A stretch of DNA of 48,341 bases, the filler included, from Catajapyx aquilonaris (lineage: Eukaryota), in the NCBI GenBank assembly GCA_000934665.2. It is 2 parts of 2 records of this genome, joined end to end, with 100 filler letters (N's around TTAATTAATTAA, not from the genome) between each part and the next. Parts side by side here need not be neighbours in the genome. Positions count along the whole stretch, not along the records: positions 1 to 24,126 come from JYFJ02005567.1; positions 24,227 to 48,341 come from JYFJ02005568.1. One strand, written 5' to 3'. The first letter of the stretch is position 1. Each line of letters begins with the position of its first letter. Made by a program: the position numbers and the translations under genes. Positions 13,101-24,589 of the stretch are shown here, piece by piece. Under the pieces are notes generated by a model. The model saw only the letters and a list, made by a program, of their open reading frames with translations, did no database searches and was not told where the DNA came from.

Positions 13101-15492
13101 GGTAGGCTTCGTTATAGAGTTCTGTGCTTTTAAAAAATCCAAACTTCTCTAACACGAAGTTTTTTCCGGTCCCATGGAGATTCGACTTATGGAAGTTTTA
13201 CAGTACGGTATAATGGTTATTGACAAAGTGCGTATTCAAATGAAAAAATAACTATTGAAATCTTACCTAGCACCAACTATTATTTGTTCTCGTGGCTCAT
13301 CAAAAAGGATTTCCATGTAGGACATGATGTCAGGCTGTTGGAATATCCGAACATCTGCCTTCAGGTCTACAAAAGGACACAAAATTTTAGTTGCAATTTC
13401 AAAATGTATGATATTAAAGCATTAAGCCGCATTTACATATGAGAGAATTGATCGGCGATGTGCAGTAATGTCATTGCCTACCGAAGTGAGTTGTAGTGGT
13501 TCTGACGTCATGACGCAAGCGATAGCGCTTATACATCGCCCGTGTGTTTACAAGTCGGCGATGTCCATTGCTATGGCATTGCCCATGCAAAGCTTGTTTA
13601 TGTTGTTCGAATTTTGCTACCTCATTGTTCGGATTGTTTATGGGGCCATGGATACCCAGCAATGTGCTGCGATGCATTTTGCCAGGGTCTATTCCAAACA
13701 GACCTGAGCAATGTCATAGTCGAGGCCCTCCCTTCTTAAAAGCGATTGCTACATTTCTCCCCACTAAATTTCCAACTTGTTTAGGGCCAATGAGTATGTC
13801 CCTGCCAGATGTCGTACTAGTAAAAAAAAACCACCCTGTAAGTATAAATACACTAACACAAAGTGTATGTTTTGTTAGAAAATTCCAGACTATCCAGGGC
13901 AACTGATAGCTGATTAGCTGAAATCTTAGGTAAAAATTTCAAAACCCAACTTTCTTTTTCATTAGAACCCCCTTTTTAAAGATTACCAGGGCATACCAAA
14001 CACCACTAAACCTCCACATTCATCTGCAATACGTTATGGGCTCTTAATAAGGAGTAAAAATTAAGCTGGTCCTAATTTATTTTCATTTCTACACATTAAC
14101 TCACAGCAGCCTATTTCTGGCCATAGAATTTTGCAGCACAGTAAGAAACTTGCAGTTGTTCCATATTTTTGTGTATTTTCATTGGTTAGTAGGCGACGCG
14201 ACGCCTCTACGACAATATACCTTTATACACTGATAATGACCTTTCGACATCACACAAAGCAACTGGATCTGTTGTGTACCTATAAAGTTCAGCCTAGTCC
14301 GGTAGGGTCGCCACATACCCGGAGAGTGAAATGTCTTATGGCGCTCTCAGGTGAGCACCTTCTGCAAAACGCCCCGGCAGGGGGTAGGTGGGACCAGACA
14401 TTACTTTCATGGACCCGGTCTAAGGCCGCTACCATGGGCCGCTACACAAATTCTGCGGAAGGCTGAGCGGTCGGAAAACGTGCGATTGGGGCGCAGAATG
14501 TGAGTGGTGGCAATTCACAAATTCAAGCGGTGGCGCTGCGGGCGGAAACTGGCGGGAAACTGGTGCGGTGGGAACCGCTCAAGTCCATCCAGACGGACTT
14601 GTGCGATTGCCACCGCTCAGTTCCGCACCCCAAAACCACGTCCCCAAACGCACTCTTGCCGCCCGCTCAGCCTTCCGCCGAATTTGTGTAGCGGCCTTAC
14701 CTTATTAAGGTCTGACCGGGTCTGACCCCATACGGGCGCCACCGGCGCGGCGGGCGGCCGACCACAGAAGCTGATCAAGCCGCCGCGGCAATACAAACCT
14801 GGCCTGCTACACAAGGCCACGTTTACTGTACTTCACTACAACCACAAAGTTGTCGGCTATTTAAGTTTCATTTATTGAAATAAATTCTCATGCTTCAAAA
14901 TTTGTATCGCCCGCCACAATAAAATCTGAATACGGAACACGAGCCAGCACGAGCTACCATGACAGTCATGATACGTTCACCCCGGTTCACCCCATGGTTC
15001 ACCCTAACCACAACCCCTCCCTCCGCCTGAAGCAGAACATTAATTTTTTTCGATAGACTAGTAATTCAAAGAGTAGCTTTACTACTTGACAAATACTGTA
15101 CTTGCATGGTGGTTGGAATGCCACATTCACACGTCACGGTAGCTTGACCTTGGGAGATTCTAGGGAACGGGTAAATTTCTTACACACACACGCTACTCTC
15201 GCTATGCTGGCGGACACTTGCCTTGCCACCGGCTCCCCACAACAATCACTAAGAGTTTGTCAAAGCAGTATTGTCATTTAATCGCTTAATAAATCAGTGC
15301 ACATGATTAAAAATGACTTGAAGGACTTCTCTGCAGAACTTTGCCCTGTAGCCTAACATGCATGAACATACCTTCATAGTCAACTAATCGAAAATCCGTG
15401 ATGAGCTGGTCTTGAGCTGCGGACGGAAGCAGAAAGCACCATGTCCACGCAAGCATCAAGAGTGGAAAAGTTGACAAACATGGTTTCATCAT
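984..15492 (-). CDS. Sema5: Semaphorin-5 (Sema5c/SEMA5A-like), multi-exon, 3'-incomplete in this window
   Basis: Thirteen GT-AG exons join in frame (2797 nt): 15372-15492, 13267-13366, 11165-11372, 9114-9416, 7834-8033, 7459-7722, 7205-7400, 6928-7141, 6534-6869, 6087-6458, 5861-6028, 1258-1428, 984-1127. They encode a signal peptide, Sema motifs ([37 protein letters not shown]), PSI (DPYCGW) and seven TSP1 repeats (WSxWSxCS..C). Sema+PSI+7xTSP1 defines class 5. Confidence 0.96.
1258..1428 (-). CDS. Sema5: Sema5 exon 12 (TSP1 repeat 6)
   Basis: [27 protein letters not shown]; cacag| and |gtaagt, phase 1-1. Confidence 0.92.
1642..2957. mobile_element. piggyBac-like non-autonomous element (MITE) with long imperfect inverted arms
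   Basis: TTAA|CCCCTTCAGCCCCAGC ... GCTGGGGCTGAAGGGG|TTAA; TTAA at 1638-1641 and 2958-2961. Confidence 0.85.
1772..2073 (-). mobile_element. tRNA-derived SINE, family A, nested in MITE
   Basis: tRNA-like head near 2073, TTA-rich tail, TSD TTTTACAAAT (1762-1771/2074-2083); close copy at 10701-10980. Confidence 0.85.
2972..3060 (+). mobile_element. Degenerate tRNA-SINE head
   Basis: A-box-like AGTGGTCTAGTGG and B-box-like GAGTTCTATCCC at tRNA spacing. Confidence 0.45.
3347..3447. mobile_element. About 100-bp hairpin MITE inserted at GTAC
   Basis: GTA|CTATATCGCTCAAAAACATA ... TATGTTTTTGAGCGATATAG|TAC; second copy at 27897-27999. Confidence 0.85.
3805..4181. mobile_element. Older foldback element with a nested MITE
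   Basis: Imperfect inverted arms 3805-3875 and 4111-4181. Confidence 0.6.
3949..4110. mobile_element. Tc1/mariner-type MITE
   Basis: TA|CAGTGTTGGACATAAATTGAGG ... CCTCAATTTATGTCCAACACTG|TA; near-perfect arms of about 65 bp. Confidence 0.85.
4330..5493. mobile_element. piggyBac-like MITE, almost fully palindromic, related to 1642-2957
   Basis: TTAA|CCCCTTTGCT ... GCAAAGGGG|TTAA; long inverted arms; shares internal motifs (AACAGCxATAC, AACAATTTTACTC, TTAATTTCCA) with the 1642 element. Confidence 0.88.
4427..4783 (+). mobile_element. tRNA-derived SINE, family B, nested in MITE
   Basis: A box TGGCCGAAATGG, B box GGTTCTAATCC, A-rich tail, TSD AACAGCCATAC (4416-4426/4784-4794). Confidence 0.88.
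5861..6028 (-). CDS. Sema5: Sema5 exon 11 (TSP1 repeat 5)
   Basis: [25 protein letters not shown]; phase 1-1. Confidence 0.94.
6087..6458 (-). CDS. Sema5: Sema5 exon 10 (TSP1 repeats 3-4)
   Basis: [34 protein letters not shown]...WSAWTPW. Confidence 0.95.
6534..6869 (-). CDS. Sema5: Sema5 exon 9 (TSP1 repeats 1-2)
   Basis: Translated by hand: [14 protein letters not shown]...[20 protein letters not shown]...[18 protein letters not shown]. Confidence 0.94.
6928..7141 (-). CDS. Sema5: Sema5 exon 8 (PSI domain)
   Basis: SLYVGTD...RIPVQRC...[13 protein letters not shown]. Confidence 0.94.
7205..7400 (-). CDS. Sema5: Sema5 exon 7 (Sema domain)
   Basis: FTHVAVD...[13 protein letters not shown]...TCLVEI. 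Confidence 0.92.
7459..7722 (-). CDS. Sema5: Sema5 exon 6 (Sema domain)
   Basis: [25 protein letters not shown]...[11 protein letters not shown]. Confidence 0.93.
7834..8033 (-). CDS. Sema5: Sema5 exon 5 (Sema domain)
   Basis: [16 protein letters not shown]...[12 protein letters not shown]...YPFYFDEIQ. Confidence 0.95.
8230..8380. mobile_element. Short TA-flanked MITE
   Basis: AGTCTAAC..GAGGGACA / TGTCCCT..GTTAGACT imperfect TIRs. Confidence 0.55.
9114..9416 (-). CDS. Sema5: Sema5 exon 4 (Sema domain)
   Basis: GVAKCPYSP...[10 protein letters not shown]...[17 protein letters not shown]. Confidence 0.95.
9640..9955 (-). mobile_element. Tc1/mariner transposase remnant
   Basis: [14 protein letters not shown] (second catalytic D motif) and terminus TA|CAGGGTGTTCAC at 9955. 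Confidence 0.75.
10400..10590 (+). repeat. Dispersed repeat, homologous to about 18255-18413
   Basis: Shared ATTTCCAAAAAA..ATAGAAAACAC..AAATTTTGA..ACTCCCAA..GCGGGAGGAGTTGC..AATATAGATT; superfamily not identified. Confidence 0.65.
10701..10980 (-). mobile_element. tRNA-derived SINE, family A
   Basis: B box GGTTCGAATCC on the minus strand; perfect 18-bp TSD TATATCACACAAATATGA (10683-10700/10981-10998). Confidence 0.92.
11165..11372 (-). CDS. Sema5: Sema5 exon 3 (Sema domain)
   Basis: NVLLRL...[10 protein letters not shown]...[14 protein letters not shown]; canonical splice sites. Confidence 0.93.
11540..12273. mobile_element. piggyBac-like MITE containing a Harbinger-like hairpin (about 11800-11928)
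   Basis: TTAA|CCCT ... AGGG|TTAA; subterminal IR TAGTATCATGGGGTCTTTTGTGACCCCA; inner IR ATTGCACCAAC/GTTGGTGCAAT. Confidence 0.78.
12576..13203 (+). mobile_element. pogo/Tigger-like MITE, copy 1 of 5
   Basis: TA|CAGTAAAACTTCTATAAGTC ... GACTTATGGAAGTTTTACAG|TA. Confidence 0.9.
13267..13366 (-). CDS. Sema5: Sema5 exon 2
   Basis: Not in the ORF track. ttgtag|[34 protein letters not shown]|gtaaga; phases fit both neighbours. Confidence 0.9.
14437..14696. mobile_element. PIF/Harbinger-like MITE
   Basis: GGCCGCTACACAAATTC..CGGAAGGCTGAGCGG / CCGCTCAGCCTTCCG..GAATTTGTGTAGCGGCC|TTA. Confidence 0.75.
15372..15492 (-). CDS. Sema5: Sema5 coding exon 1 (signal peptide)
   Basis: [40 protein letters not shown]; donor GAAG|gtatgt. 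Confidence 0.85.
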
Positions 15493-16691
15493 GATTGCAG
15501 AGGTGGGCTTGTCTTCTCCTTTGCCTTCTTCTGATTATGCTACCACGATATATACAGTCTGCTCTTCGGATGCATGATCAGGTGTCAAGCTGACTGGCAA
15601 GCGTCACACAAGGCCGTTGGTAAGCCAACCAAGCATCTTTGCTGTCCTCCTGAAATTTAATATCATCTTGGTACTAAGCAGTGCAAGCCCTCTCGGGGGG
15701 GGGGGGGGGGGNNNNNGGGGGGGGTCTGACATCAATGCAAACAGACGCATACATTTTATCCAGTCAAGCAGCGTCGTTCCACAACCGGGAAAAGAATAAA
15801 ATACATATGCATGCAAGGCGTGCCCTATGCAATCACACCATTTTCTCCGATTTCCCCGGCCAAAACTCGAAACGTTCAATGGTGAAGACCTACTCTAGCC
15901 TACTTCTTGGGACGGGGGCATGTCCCCTGTTGCAGGCCTTATTTGCTCACTTTATCTCAATAATTCCGTCCACGTGTCAAGCAGGCGCCAAGATTGCCAC
16001 TTGTCCGCTCTCACTTGAACCTCAATCAAAACCTCCCAGGAAGAAAGCTCGCCTTCATTCTTTTCTCCTATTTGCGCCTTCAGTTCCTGCCCATTTTTCC
16101 AGTTTCACCAGGGGACGCACTGGTTGCGGGATCGATGGTAAACGCCGAACAAGTTGTTAATTCTATACACATAACACGGGATTAACCGTCTCTCATTCAT
16201 TTATTTTTCCTTGGAAGCATTAATGTGTAATAATAGTGTTACTATTAGTTTGTCAATATTACTGTAATACTGAACTTTTTTGGAGGGGAGAGTTTTACTC
16301 AACCTTACAAGGACCCTTCACATAGTTCCAGGAAGGCCCTTGGTCAAGCCCATACCCCAAGTTCAACAAGAACCTCCGAAACAGGACTATAAAGAGGAAA
16401 AGGAGGAGCGGAACGCTTTGTTGCCGTTATAAGACTTTATATATGCTCTGCAAGTGCTGTTGCCAAACTGCCGGCATAATCAGTTGGCCAAGGTGGTTAG
16501 CAATTAAAATTGTCAAAAACTCTGGACAATCAGGAGCTATACAATGGATCCTACGCATGTTCTCGTGTCCATCTGACACGAGCGGACTACAATAATATTA
16601 TCCAGAACATTTCTATTTCGTGCAATTTACAGTACCCGTAGTTGATCACCTCCGTTGCAAAAACTCGTGTTATAAAAAGAGAAGAACCTGG

Positions 16692-16717
16692 AGTGTGTGT
16701 GTGAGAGAGAGAGGGGG

Positions 16718-16750
<33 letters not shown>
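16692..16750. repeat. (GT)n(GA)n microsatellite
   Basis: Seen directly. Confidence 0.9.
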
Positions 16751-16752
<2 letters not shown>

Positions 16753-18254
16753 AAAAAAGTAGTCGTCCTGGTTAGCATGGCGCCAGTTGCGGGTCTTACG
16801 AATCACGTCACGAAACGCTGTGCGGTTTCTTCGCCTCTCACCAGTTAACAAGTCTATACTTTTCTACTGCACATTATGCACATTTTTTGTAGCTTTTTCT
16901 CACGCCTCTTCCACAATATTCAAATTGCAGGGCTCGTGACCGGCTTTTTCTCGTCCAAAATTGCTCTCGCTGAACGTTTGCAGGCTTCTATTATGAATCG
17001 GGATACATGTTAATCGCCTGTGGCATTCGTAATAATTACTATTATTTTTGTCTGTATCACAGTATGATCGGCGAGTTTCCCACTCTGAGGAATTCAGCAC
17101 TCCCAACAGGATGCGAGTAACTGTGGGATACCACTTTCAAAATTCGAAGAAATGCTACAATCTGTCAAGAAAGTTGTTCAAATCAAGACACTGTGAGAAG
17201 GGAATTGCAAAACATAATACAGTATTTGTATTTATACTTCGTCCACTTCGTAACTATCATTATACGCAGGTTAATCATCAGTTGAATTTTTCCTACCTGT
17301 CATTCTAGTACGGCAGGCCTATCTAGTGAATTCCTATGGCCTCATGTACATCTCTCTTATAAGAACTTGGCAACACATTAACAATATCAATGCGATCTCA
17401 AAGCAAGACATGCCGTAGGTATTGTGCACTGACTATATGATGCAATATAATTATATAAGCTTAAATAAAATCACTAGTGGCTGCACAATGTGGCAACGTT
17501 TCATATAATGCAATAGGGAAATATTTGAACGGTCGGACAATTATGGTGAATTTCGTACGTTTTTGTCGGAATGTCTTACCCTTGGTCTTACCCCACGGGA
17601 AAATTAATGTGTACCCCTCAATTTAATTACTTATAAAATTCACATTTAGTAAACACTATATTACAAAAAAGTTGACATCATCTCACAATCTCACATTACC
17701 ACGATTATTGTATTAAAATAAAAATTCTGGAAGGATATTAGTGTCTTCTTGTGGCCATTTAAAACTCAATTTGCAAATTCACTATACAGCCTCTACATAA
17801 CCCAACGAGCGCGAGCGGTTCATTAAATACTGGGTTTCAAGTTTTCATCTCATATGATGAGGATGAACAACTTCCACTACAAATATATTGTGTGGCGCAA
17901 CAACATTAATAATGGAACATATCCTTTTCCATAACTGGTAGGATTCTGAGAAAACCAGTACCGGTATTCGCTGAAATACTAGCGGTGTAGCCTACATGCC
18001 AAATGACTCTCGGTCTGCGCAAGTTGCATTTTATTACATTTACTAGGCACCAACTTGCCACAGTTAGGCAAAAATTAAATTAGGTAAAATTGCGAAAGTG
18101 GAGAGAGAGGGGCGGACCAGGCAGCGACATCTGACGGCGAAGTACCAAAGTAAGACGGTGCGGAAGTAAGCCAGTGCCTGCTGCCGGAACGGCGTTTATG
18201 GGAACTCCGTGGAAAGGTCGCGGTGTGTGTGTGTTTTTTTAAAAGGCGGTCGGT

Positions 18255-18413
18255 GTTTTTTGCGTTTTATAAATTCCCTGGATACTATTTCCAAAAAACC
18301 AAAGTGGTTTGCAAAAATAGAAAACACAGACGAAATTTTGAGGCAACTCCCAAAGCTGTAGGCCGTACGGTGCGGGAGGAGTTGCTGCCTCAGACGGGTA
18401 TTAACAATATAGA
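18255..18413 (+). repeat. Dispersed repeat, homologous to 10400-10590
   Basis: See 10400-10590. Confidence 0.65.
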
Positions 18414-19118
18414 TTCTGGTTATTTCCAAACGTGGTCTTATTACCACCTGCCCTTATTACCTAGGCCAAGGTAGTTAAGTGCCAAAAATGGTAGTCTGAC
18501 TATTTCATAATGTCTTCTTATCAGATAGAAAAATTCTACAATGGCTTCATTGATAAATATTTATTGAAATTAATTATGATGACTGCAATAATGTTTCAAA
18601 AATGTTCACGGAAATATTTTATAATACCAGGACTTCTAAATTATTGATGCCTTGGCCCTTGGACCAGTCCGCATCAATGAGGTCAAGAATATAATATGAC
18701 CATCAAACAAGCGAAATAGTGGCAGGTTGCGTAAGAGATATGACTTTACAACGACCCTAAAAGAAGCACTGGATTCAATACCTACACCTATAGCCCCAGA
18801 AGTAATATTTTTTGGAGGCAATAAGACGATGGAAAATTGTGTCACTTGTGATCAGATAATAGTTCCGGAATGTTCCAGCTATATCTATATCTGTTTTCAA
18901 CCCCAGTTTGCCCAGTCATGGGGGTGTCGACCACAAAGGGTCCTCAAATGTCATCGTTAACAAACAGTTGCCGCCGATATCTTGCCTTGAGAGGCCTGTG
19001 CTCCACATAATAAAATGAAATTTGAAAACTATATGCATATTGTCATCACAATAAGGAAACTTGCAGAAATGCTTAGTATATACAAGGCACTGCATATAAG
19101 TGTGGATATTACTCATCA

Positions 19119-19220
19119 GCCCGGGCGTTCCGTATAACGGTTCCAATATATGTACGAGGCATAAATAACGGCTCGTGCTATATAGTATATATACCTCTGA
19201 TGAGGTCAAGCACTACCAGG

Positions 19221-19276
<56 letters not shown>
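19119..19276 (+). mobile_element. SINE/LINE 3' tail module with (ATT)n
   Basis: Homologous to 36195-36345 (CCCGGGC..CGTATAA.GG.TCCAAT..CTGATGAGGTCA..GCACTACC..GGAT, then ATT repeats). Confidence 0.7.
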
Positions 19277-22200
19277 TACGGTATTTCTTTTAATGTATAA
19301 TTCTTAACCGAATTATATATGTTCACTACGAGTATGCGGTGATAAGTGAATAATCTTTAACAATTTCATCGCTAGGCGATGTAGGCCTATTTCATGACAA
19401 AATTTGAATTACCGCGATAAGATGTATAGTTTCAAACATGATAGACATCCGGTCTTCGCTACCCTTTACAGTTTACACTTACAGGCAGTAAATTGAGTAC
19501 AGGACTGTAAACGGCCCTATGGACCCCATGTTTTACCTACGCTCCAATAAAGTGCTCCGCACATTTGTACCAAGTGCACCCCCTGTACACTTTTCTTCCC
19601 ACGAACGACTACTTTCTCAGGCAATAATATGGAGCCCAGTTCTGACAAAAGTCGTTGTGGTGGGTCATAAAGGGTCGATGCAGAAATATGCCTCACGCAT
19701 TGGTAGGTCTCCAAGAGCGTGCTGCTCCTGCAGTGTGTGCAAGCAAAACCAGGGGGGTCATGGGCCAGGCAAACAAAAAAACGGGCAAGCCACACGCTCA
19801 CACACGTGCTCCCGCTCTCCATATGATGCTCTGCTCTGGCTCATCTCCCCCACACATTCCCTAGTCCAGGGGCATGTCATCAACAAACAGGCCACCAGAC
19901 AATCCTCCACGCTCCTTTTGGCGCGTGCCCTGCCACTACTATGTGAAAATAATCTGCCAATGCTCGATTACCACGCCAATTTTCCTGTCTTACGTAGATT
20001 ACTATCGGTTGTAAATTGCTCCTGTTGCAGTTGAAAATCACTACTAGCACCAGCCACCAAAAATGGCATACACTTTTTACTCCCAGAGGCTTTTTTTGCG
20101 GGATACTAATAATAGCACGTAGAGTTTTTATTGCTGGTCTGGTATCAAGTTGTGACCCGTCATGTAGTTATTTTTCCAATGATTACTCAGACTATCATGT
20201 AACACGAGGACTGCGGTTCAGTCAACTGCGCAGACACAGCATCCACCGCTTTCATAAAAATGCCCGTAGCCTTGTTGCCGGGACAACGGTCAACTTTTCA
20301 GGCTTTTGTGAACCTGTTTATCAGCAGTTCTGTCTCGCCCCCATTCCACCTCTCAAAAAAAGCAGTGACAACCATATCTGGAAAACAAAGTCCATTTTTA
20401 CTTGGCAATGGGTGGCACCGCACAGAGGTTCCTCTTCCTCACCTTAAAAACTGGTTCCTAACCTGTTGCTTAACCGGACTATGCAACGCAGCACTTTATT
20501 TTTGACAACTAAGATGATCCAGTTAACGACATTAATTGGCTGATTGGCATCACGTGACTAAAAGAATCCGTCATGTGACGCAAGATCAAATTGGTAAATG
20601 GCTATTAGAGGGCCCCCTCCCAGCAGACGTGACGCCACCGACGCGTGACATGAAACACAAAATGATGCTACAGGTCGCACGCTTATTTTCCACCCGCCGC
20701 AATCAAGTCTTTCTCTGGAGGTAGGAGAAAATTCCTGAGCGATATGAGGTCAACACACACGTTGGCTGCCACAAGGCTCAACCACACTTTATGTATGCAG
20801 TATCTTGACCATATCAGTCATCACCCCCCAGCTCTCCCCACTACCAACATCAAGAAAAATATTCCAGTCACGTGTGTGTAATGACCACACAGACGACTGT
20901 TGGATCAATTACAAGCAAGAGAGAGAAGCTGATTAGCACACACACATGAGATTCCAGTACCAAGGTACGGTAGATGGGGTGTGTCAATGTAACAAAAAAT
21001 GTTCGTGTACAAGAATGACATAACCAATTCCTTGAATAATTGAGACAGAGTGTTCCGACTAGTTTATGCAAATTCATGCCAGCTGATTTTGACGGGTGCA
21101 TCCGGAATTTCCAGGGTGCAATCAACACCTGCGTTTAACGGCGAATGTATATTTTTAAAGGTCCTTTCCAGGGCTTGCGCTAGAATGTCAGATCACCACA
21201 CAGGTGCTTTTGGACACCCACCACAATTCCGTTCAAGGTCGTTTGCAGAGATGTTTGGGCCCTCCCAGAGGCCATTCAAGTATCTCCTCCCTTTTCAACC
21301 TACCTGACTGGGTCCACTCTTTCATTACGACAAAAATCTTAGTTGACTTCAAAATTATACCTCTTCTTACACCTTAGTTTTTGACAGTACAATGTACATC
21401 GTTGTCGACGAATATTGTACTTAGTATAATGAATTGTGCTTAAGAAGAATAAAAAACACGACGACGACGATTTTATCTTATAAGTTGTCTAGCTAATTTT
21501 TTAAATGTCCACCCACTGCCAAAAAAAAAAAAAAAAAAACTAAATTGGCCCACACCCTCTTGCACTAACAATGGAGCGCATCCGTAGTTGCTCCCCTTAT
21601 GATACAATGGCAACAATTGGTAACTTACGGCCCCTGCAAATCGAGGTGGCCAATTGCCGTTAGAATAAGGTAGAAATAAAAGTTAAATGCCAGCAGAGAT
21701 TCAATGCTAGTTGCCTGCGCGGGGATAGTCTCCGAACGGACTCGCCACCAAATATGGAAGCGATGTTGCCGAACTCCCGACTTCATACTCGGTTCACTAC
21801 AACTCCTGGGCGTACCAGGAGGTGGACAATGTCGCATTCCAACTTCGTAAAGTGGTATATGCACCGTAACCGTAACTGGAATCCCAGTTGTCCGTTTCAT
21901 TTCAGTCTGTCACATTACGGAATGTTATGTCATTTTTGAAAATCTGTCAGACACCATGCTGTGTTTACTAATATTACCCGGCACACAAAAAATCATGTTG
22001 TTGTTATGAACAGAGCTAATAATGTACCAGCTAAGAGCCATATGTCGGTTGTAAACAATTCTGTCACAAATATCCCAATATTATCGCACTAAACCAGTGA
22101 TAATTTTTCAAACACATCGCAGCCTATCGAAATTTCCTGTATTAAAACCCCGCAACGCATCGATCTTGAAATGATATTATCGTAAGCCAGTATGTCCTTA

Positions 22201-23260
22201 GCGTGGTCCAGAGCAATCAAGTGTCACTTTTGAAAGGTGGCAACCCCTAACCTGCTGGTCCATTACGAGCGGCGATCCCTGAGTGCCACGCAGCCTCCCT
22301 CCATCCCGTCCCATGCCCTCCCCCCACCCTATCCATAAAGAGAGAGAAGAAAACACCACCCATATTTTAAATCCCGCCACACGGGGTGCCTCACCTGATC
22401 CCACGGATGGAAGTGGCCCAAGAAATCTCAGATGCAGCTTCACCCATAACAACTAACACAACAATGTCGTCGGAACCAGAAGTGTCATCTCCGAGGCTGG
22501 TGACGCCAAGACAGTGTTGGTTGTAACGGGCCAGTCTTGCCTGCTGCTGCTCTGCTGCCGCCTCCCCAGCCACCAACTCCCAAGAAAACAAGCCCCAGCA
22601 GCCCCAGCCAAGGCCTTGTAGCCCTGGCGGGTGAAAGCTAGGACTTGAGATTTAAAGGGGGGCACAAGTGGAGGGTGGGTGGTGGGTTGGTTGGTTGAGG
22701 GACGGGGCTGGTTCAGGGAGGACCTCAGGAGGGTGTTGCTACTTTGGGGCACTGGTTTCTACCTCTACTTGTGCCAGGGTGCCCTTGCAATCTGGCAAGC
22801 CAGCTATTCAAAGTCATTGACATGTTCAATGCGACTTATCAAATGAAAGATGTACGGTTTCAGGACGGAAAAAATGTGCAGAAATTGAGAAGGAAATTAC
22901 AGTTATCCGGAAATAATGGAAAACTGTACAAAAATTTATGGTGATTTTTTTTTCTAATTGACCAGATTGTCGGATTTTGAAACCATATTTTATTACAGAA
23001 ACTGATAGCCTACAATGCTGTGTGTCCAAACAAGGAAAGTTTTGGTCAATCTTGCTTTACCTTTGAAGAATTTACCAACTCCAGATCTCCTAGTTCAAAA
23101 TCAGCTTGGGATCCCAAGGGTCATCCCGTGACAGCCTGGCAACCAGGCGCACCATACAGAGAGCAGTGCCGAAAAAAAGACACTTGCCTGGATATACGTA
23201 CAGTACTGGATTTCAACCTATTTTAAAATTGAATACAGTCATTAAACAACTTCCTCCCAC

Positions 23261-23483
23261 CCGGAAACACCGAAACTATACGCTGCTATGGTAAGTCCAT
23301 TTTCTGTCTTCTCTCGTGTTGATAAAAGGCCCCCCGGGACCCGACCCCAGGAATTTTTAGGGGGTGGGCGGGGGTCTTTTCATAAACACTAGAGAAGAAA
23401 GAAAATGGACTTACCATAGCAGCATAGTTTCAGAGTTTCCGGGGGGGGGGGGGCTGGCACCCTCCCCCCTGACTACGCCACTG
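23261..23483. mobile_element. hAT-like MITE remnant
   Basis: Internal palindrome GCTGCTATGGTAAGTCCATTTTCT / AGAAAATGGACTTACCATAGCAGC; right end CTACGCCACTG; left terminus not found. Confidence 0.6.
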
Positions 23484-24126
23484 TGAAACAAGAGGTGCCT
23501 CACAAGCCTCCCAGAAAAATATCCATCCACGTGCATTTAAAAATAAACTGTATAAATATAGTGTATAGTATAATCCGGGCATACGGATTGAACGAAGATC
23601 AATGCTGGTAGCAGATGATGAATTTCCTGTGCGTACCTGTGACTACGTTCTTGACAGCATTTTCAACAAGTCTCACTCAGTATAAGAATTAGCGAGGTAC
23701 GCATACGATGCTATAATCTGAATTGTCCGTATTATAGGTATAGAAACTTTGGCAGTAAAGTGCTGCCTGCTGAGAGAAAGCACTACTTTCGAGGGGCATG
23801 CAAAAATTTTCACGACAACTTTATACAATAGCATAAGTATCTTCAGTCCGCCCACTTTTTCAATGACAACATCGGTTTCAGGGCTATCTAGCGGAGTAAT
23901 GTAGTCCTTTTCTCCGATATAGCAGAAACTGGTCTATTACAAGAATAATTTCTAACTGAAGAGTCCAGGGAAAAAAGGGGGAATGTCAAATATATTCCAT
24001 TGGGGTTCCTGTCAAGTGCACAGTACAATAGTACACTCTTAGCCCGGTCACCTTTATTAAAGGTGACGAAACGGCCTGTTTTGTCACCTTTATTTTAGAA
24101 GGGTACATGGCACCTTTAAAACAAAA

Positions 24127-24226
24127 NNNNNNNNNNNNNNNNNNNNNNNNNNNNNNNNNNNNNNNNNNNNTTAATTAATTAANNNNNNNNNNNNNNNNNN
24201 NNNNNNNNNNNNNNNNNNNNNNNNNN
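24127..24226. other. Assembly gap with artificial TTAATTAATTAA spacer
   Basis: 44 N + TTAATTAATTAA + 44 N = 100 nt; the spacer has stops in all six frames. Confidence 0.95.
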
Positions 24227-24537
24227 CCTTATAGGGGGGTGGAATACCACCATTTTCCCTTCAATTTTCTGATTTTTTTCTTCTAACTCCGGTGCAAGGA
24301 TGAAAGGACATGAGGTAAGGATAGGGATTTTTGGGGAGGGAACATAGGTGCAAGTGCAATGTCGGTAAAGGGGTCTTGTGCTGTTCCCCAGGAGGTTAGG
24401 TTGCCAGACACCTCCTTGGTGCAGGTCAGAGACCCTCCTGGCGCAGGTGAAAGGAAAGTTCCCCAGGTGGGGATCGAACCTGGGGCCTTTCACTCAGCAA
24501 GCCAAGATGTTACCATCTCGGCCATCTACACCTCCCC

Positions 24538-24538
<1 letters not shown>
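24227..24538 (-). mobile_element. tRNA-derived SINE, family B, cut by the gap
   Basis: Head GGGGAGGTGTAGATGGCCGAGATGGTAAC..GGTTCGATCCCC aligns with the 4427 copy. Confidence 0.85.

Positions 24539-24589
<51 letters not shown>
24539..24589. repeat. (TAT)n microsatellite, probable tail of an adjacent minus-strand retroposon
   Basis: Seen directly; adjacent stem-loop CGTCGC-CTT-GCGACG at about 24610-24624. Confidence 0.85.

Noticed and set aside
19190..19225. CTGATGAG (hammerhead core half), also at 19111 on the minus strand and at about 36264
   Set aside because: No downstream stem II plus GAAA; part of a retroposon tail
24127..24226. Palindromic TTAATTAATTAA island between N runs
   Set aside because: Artificial six-frame-stop scaffold spacer, not biology; adjacency across it is uncertain
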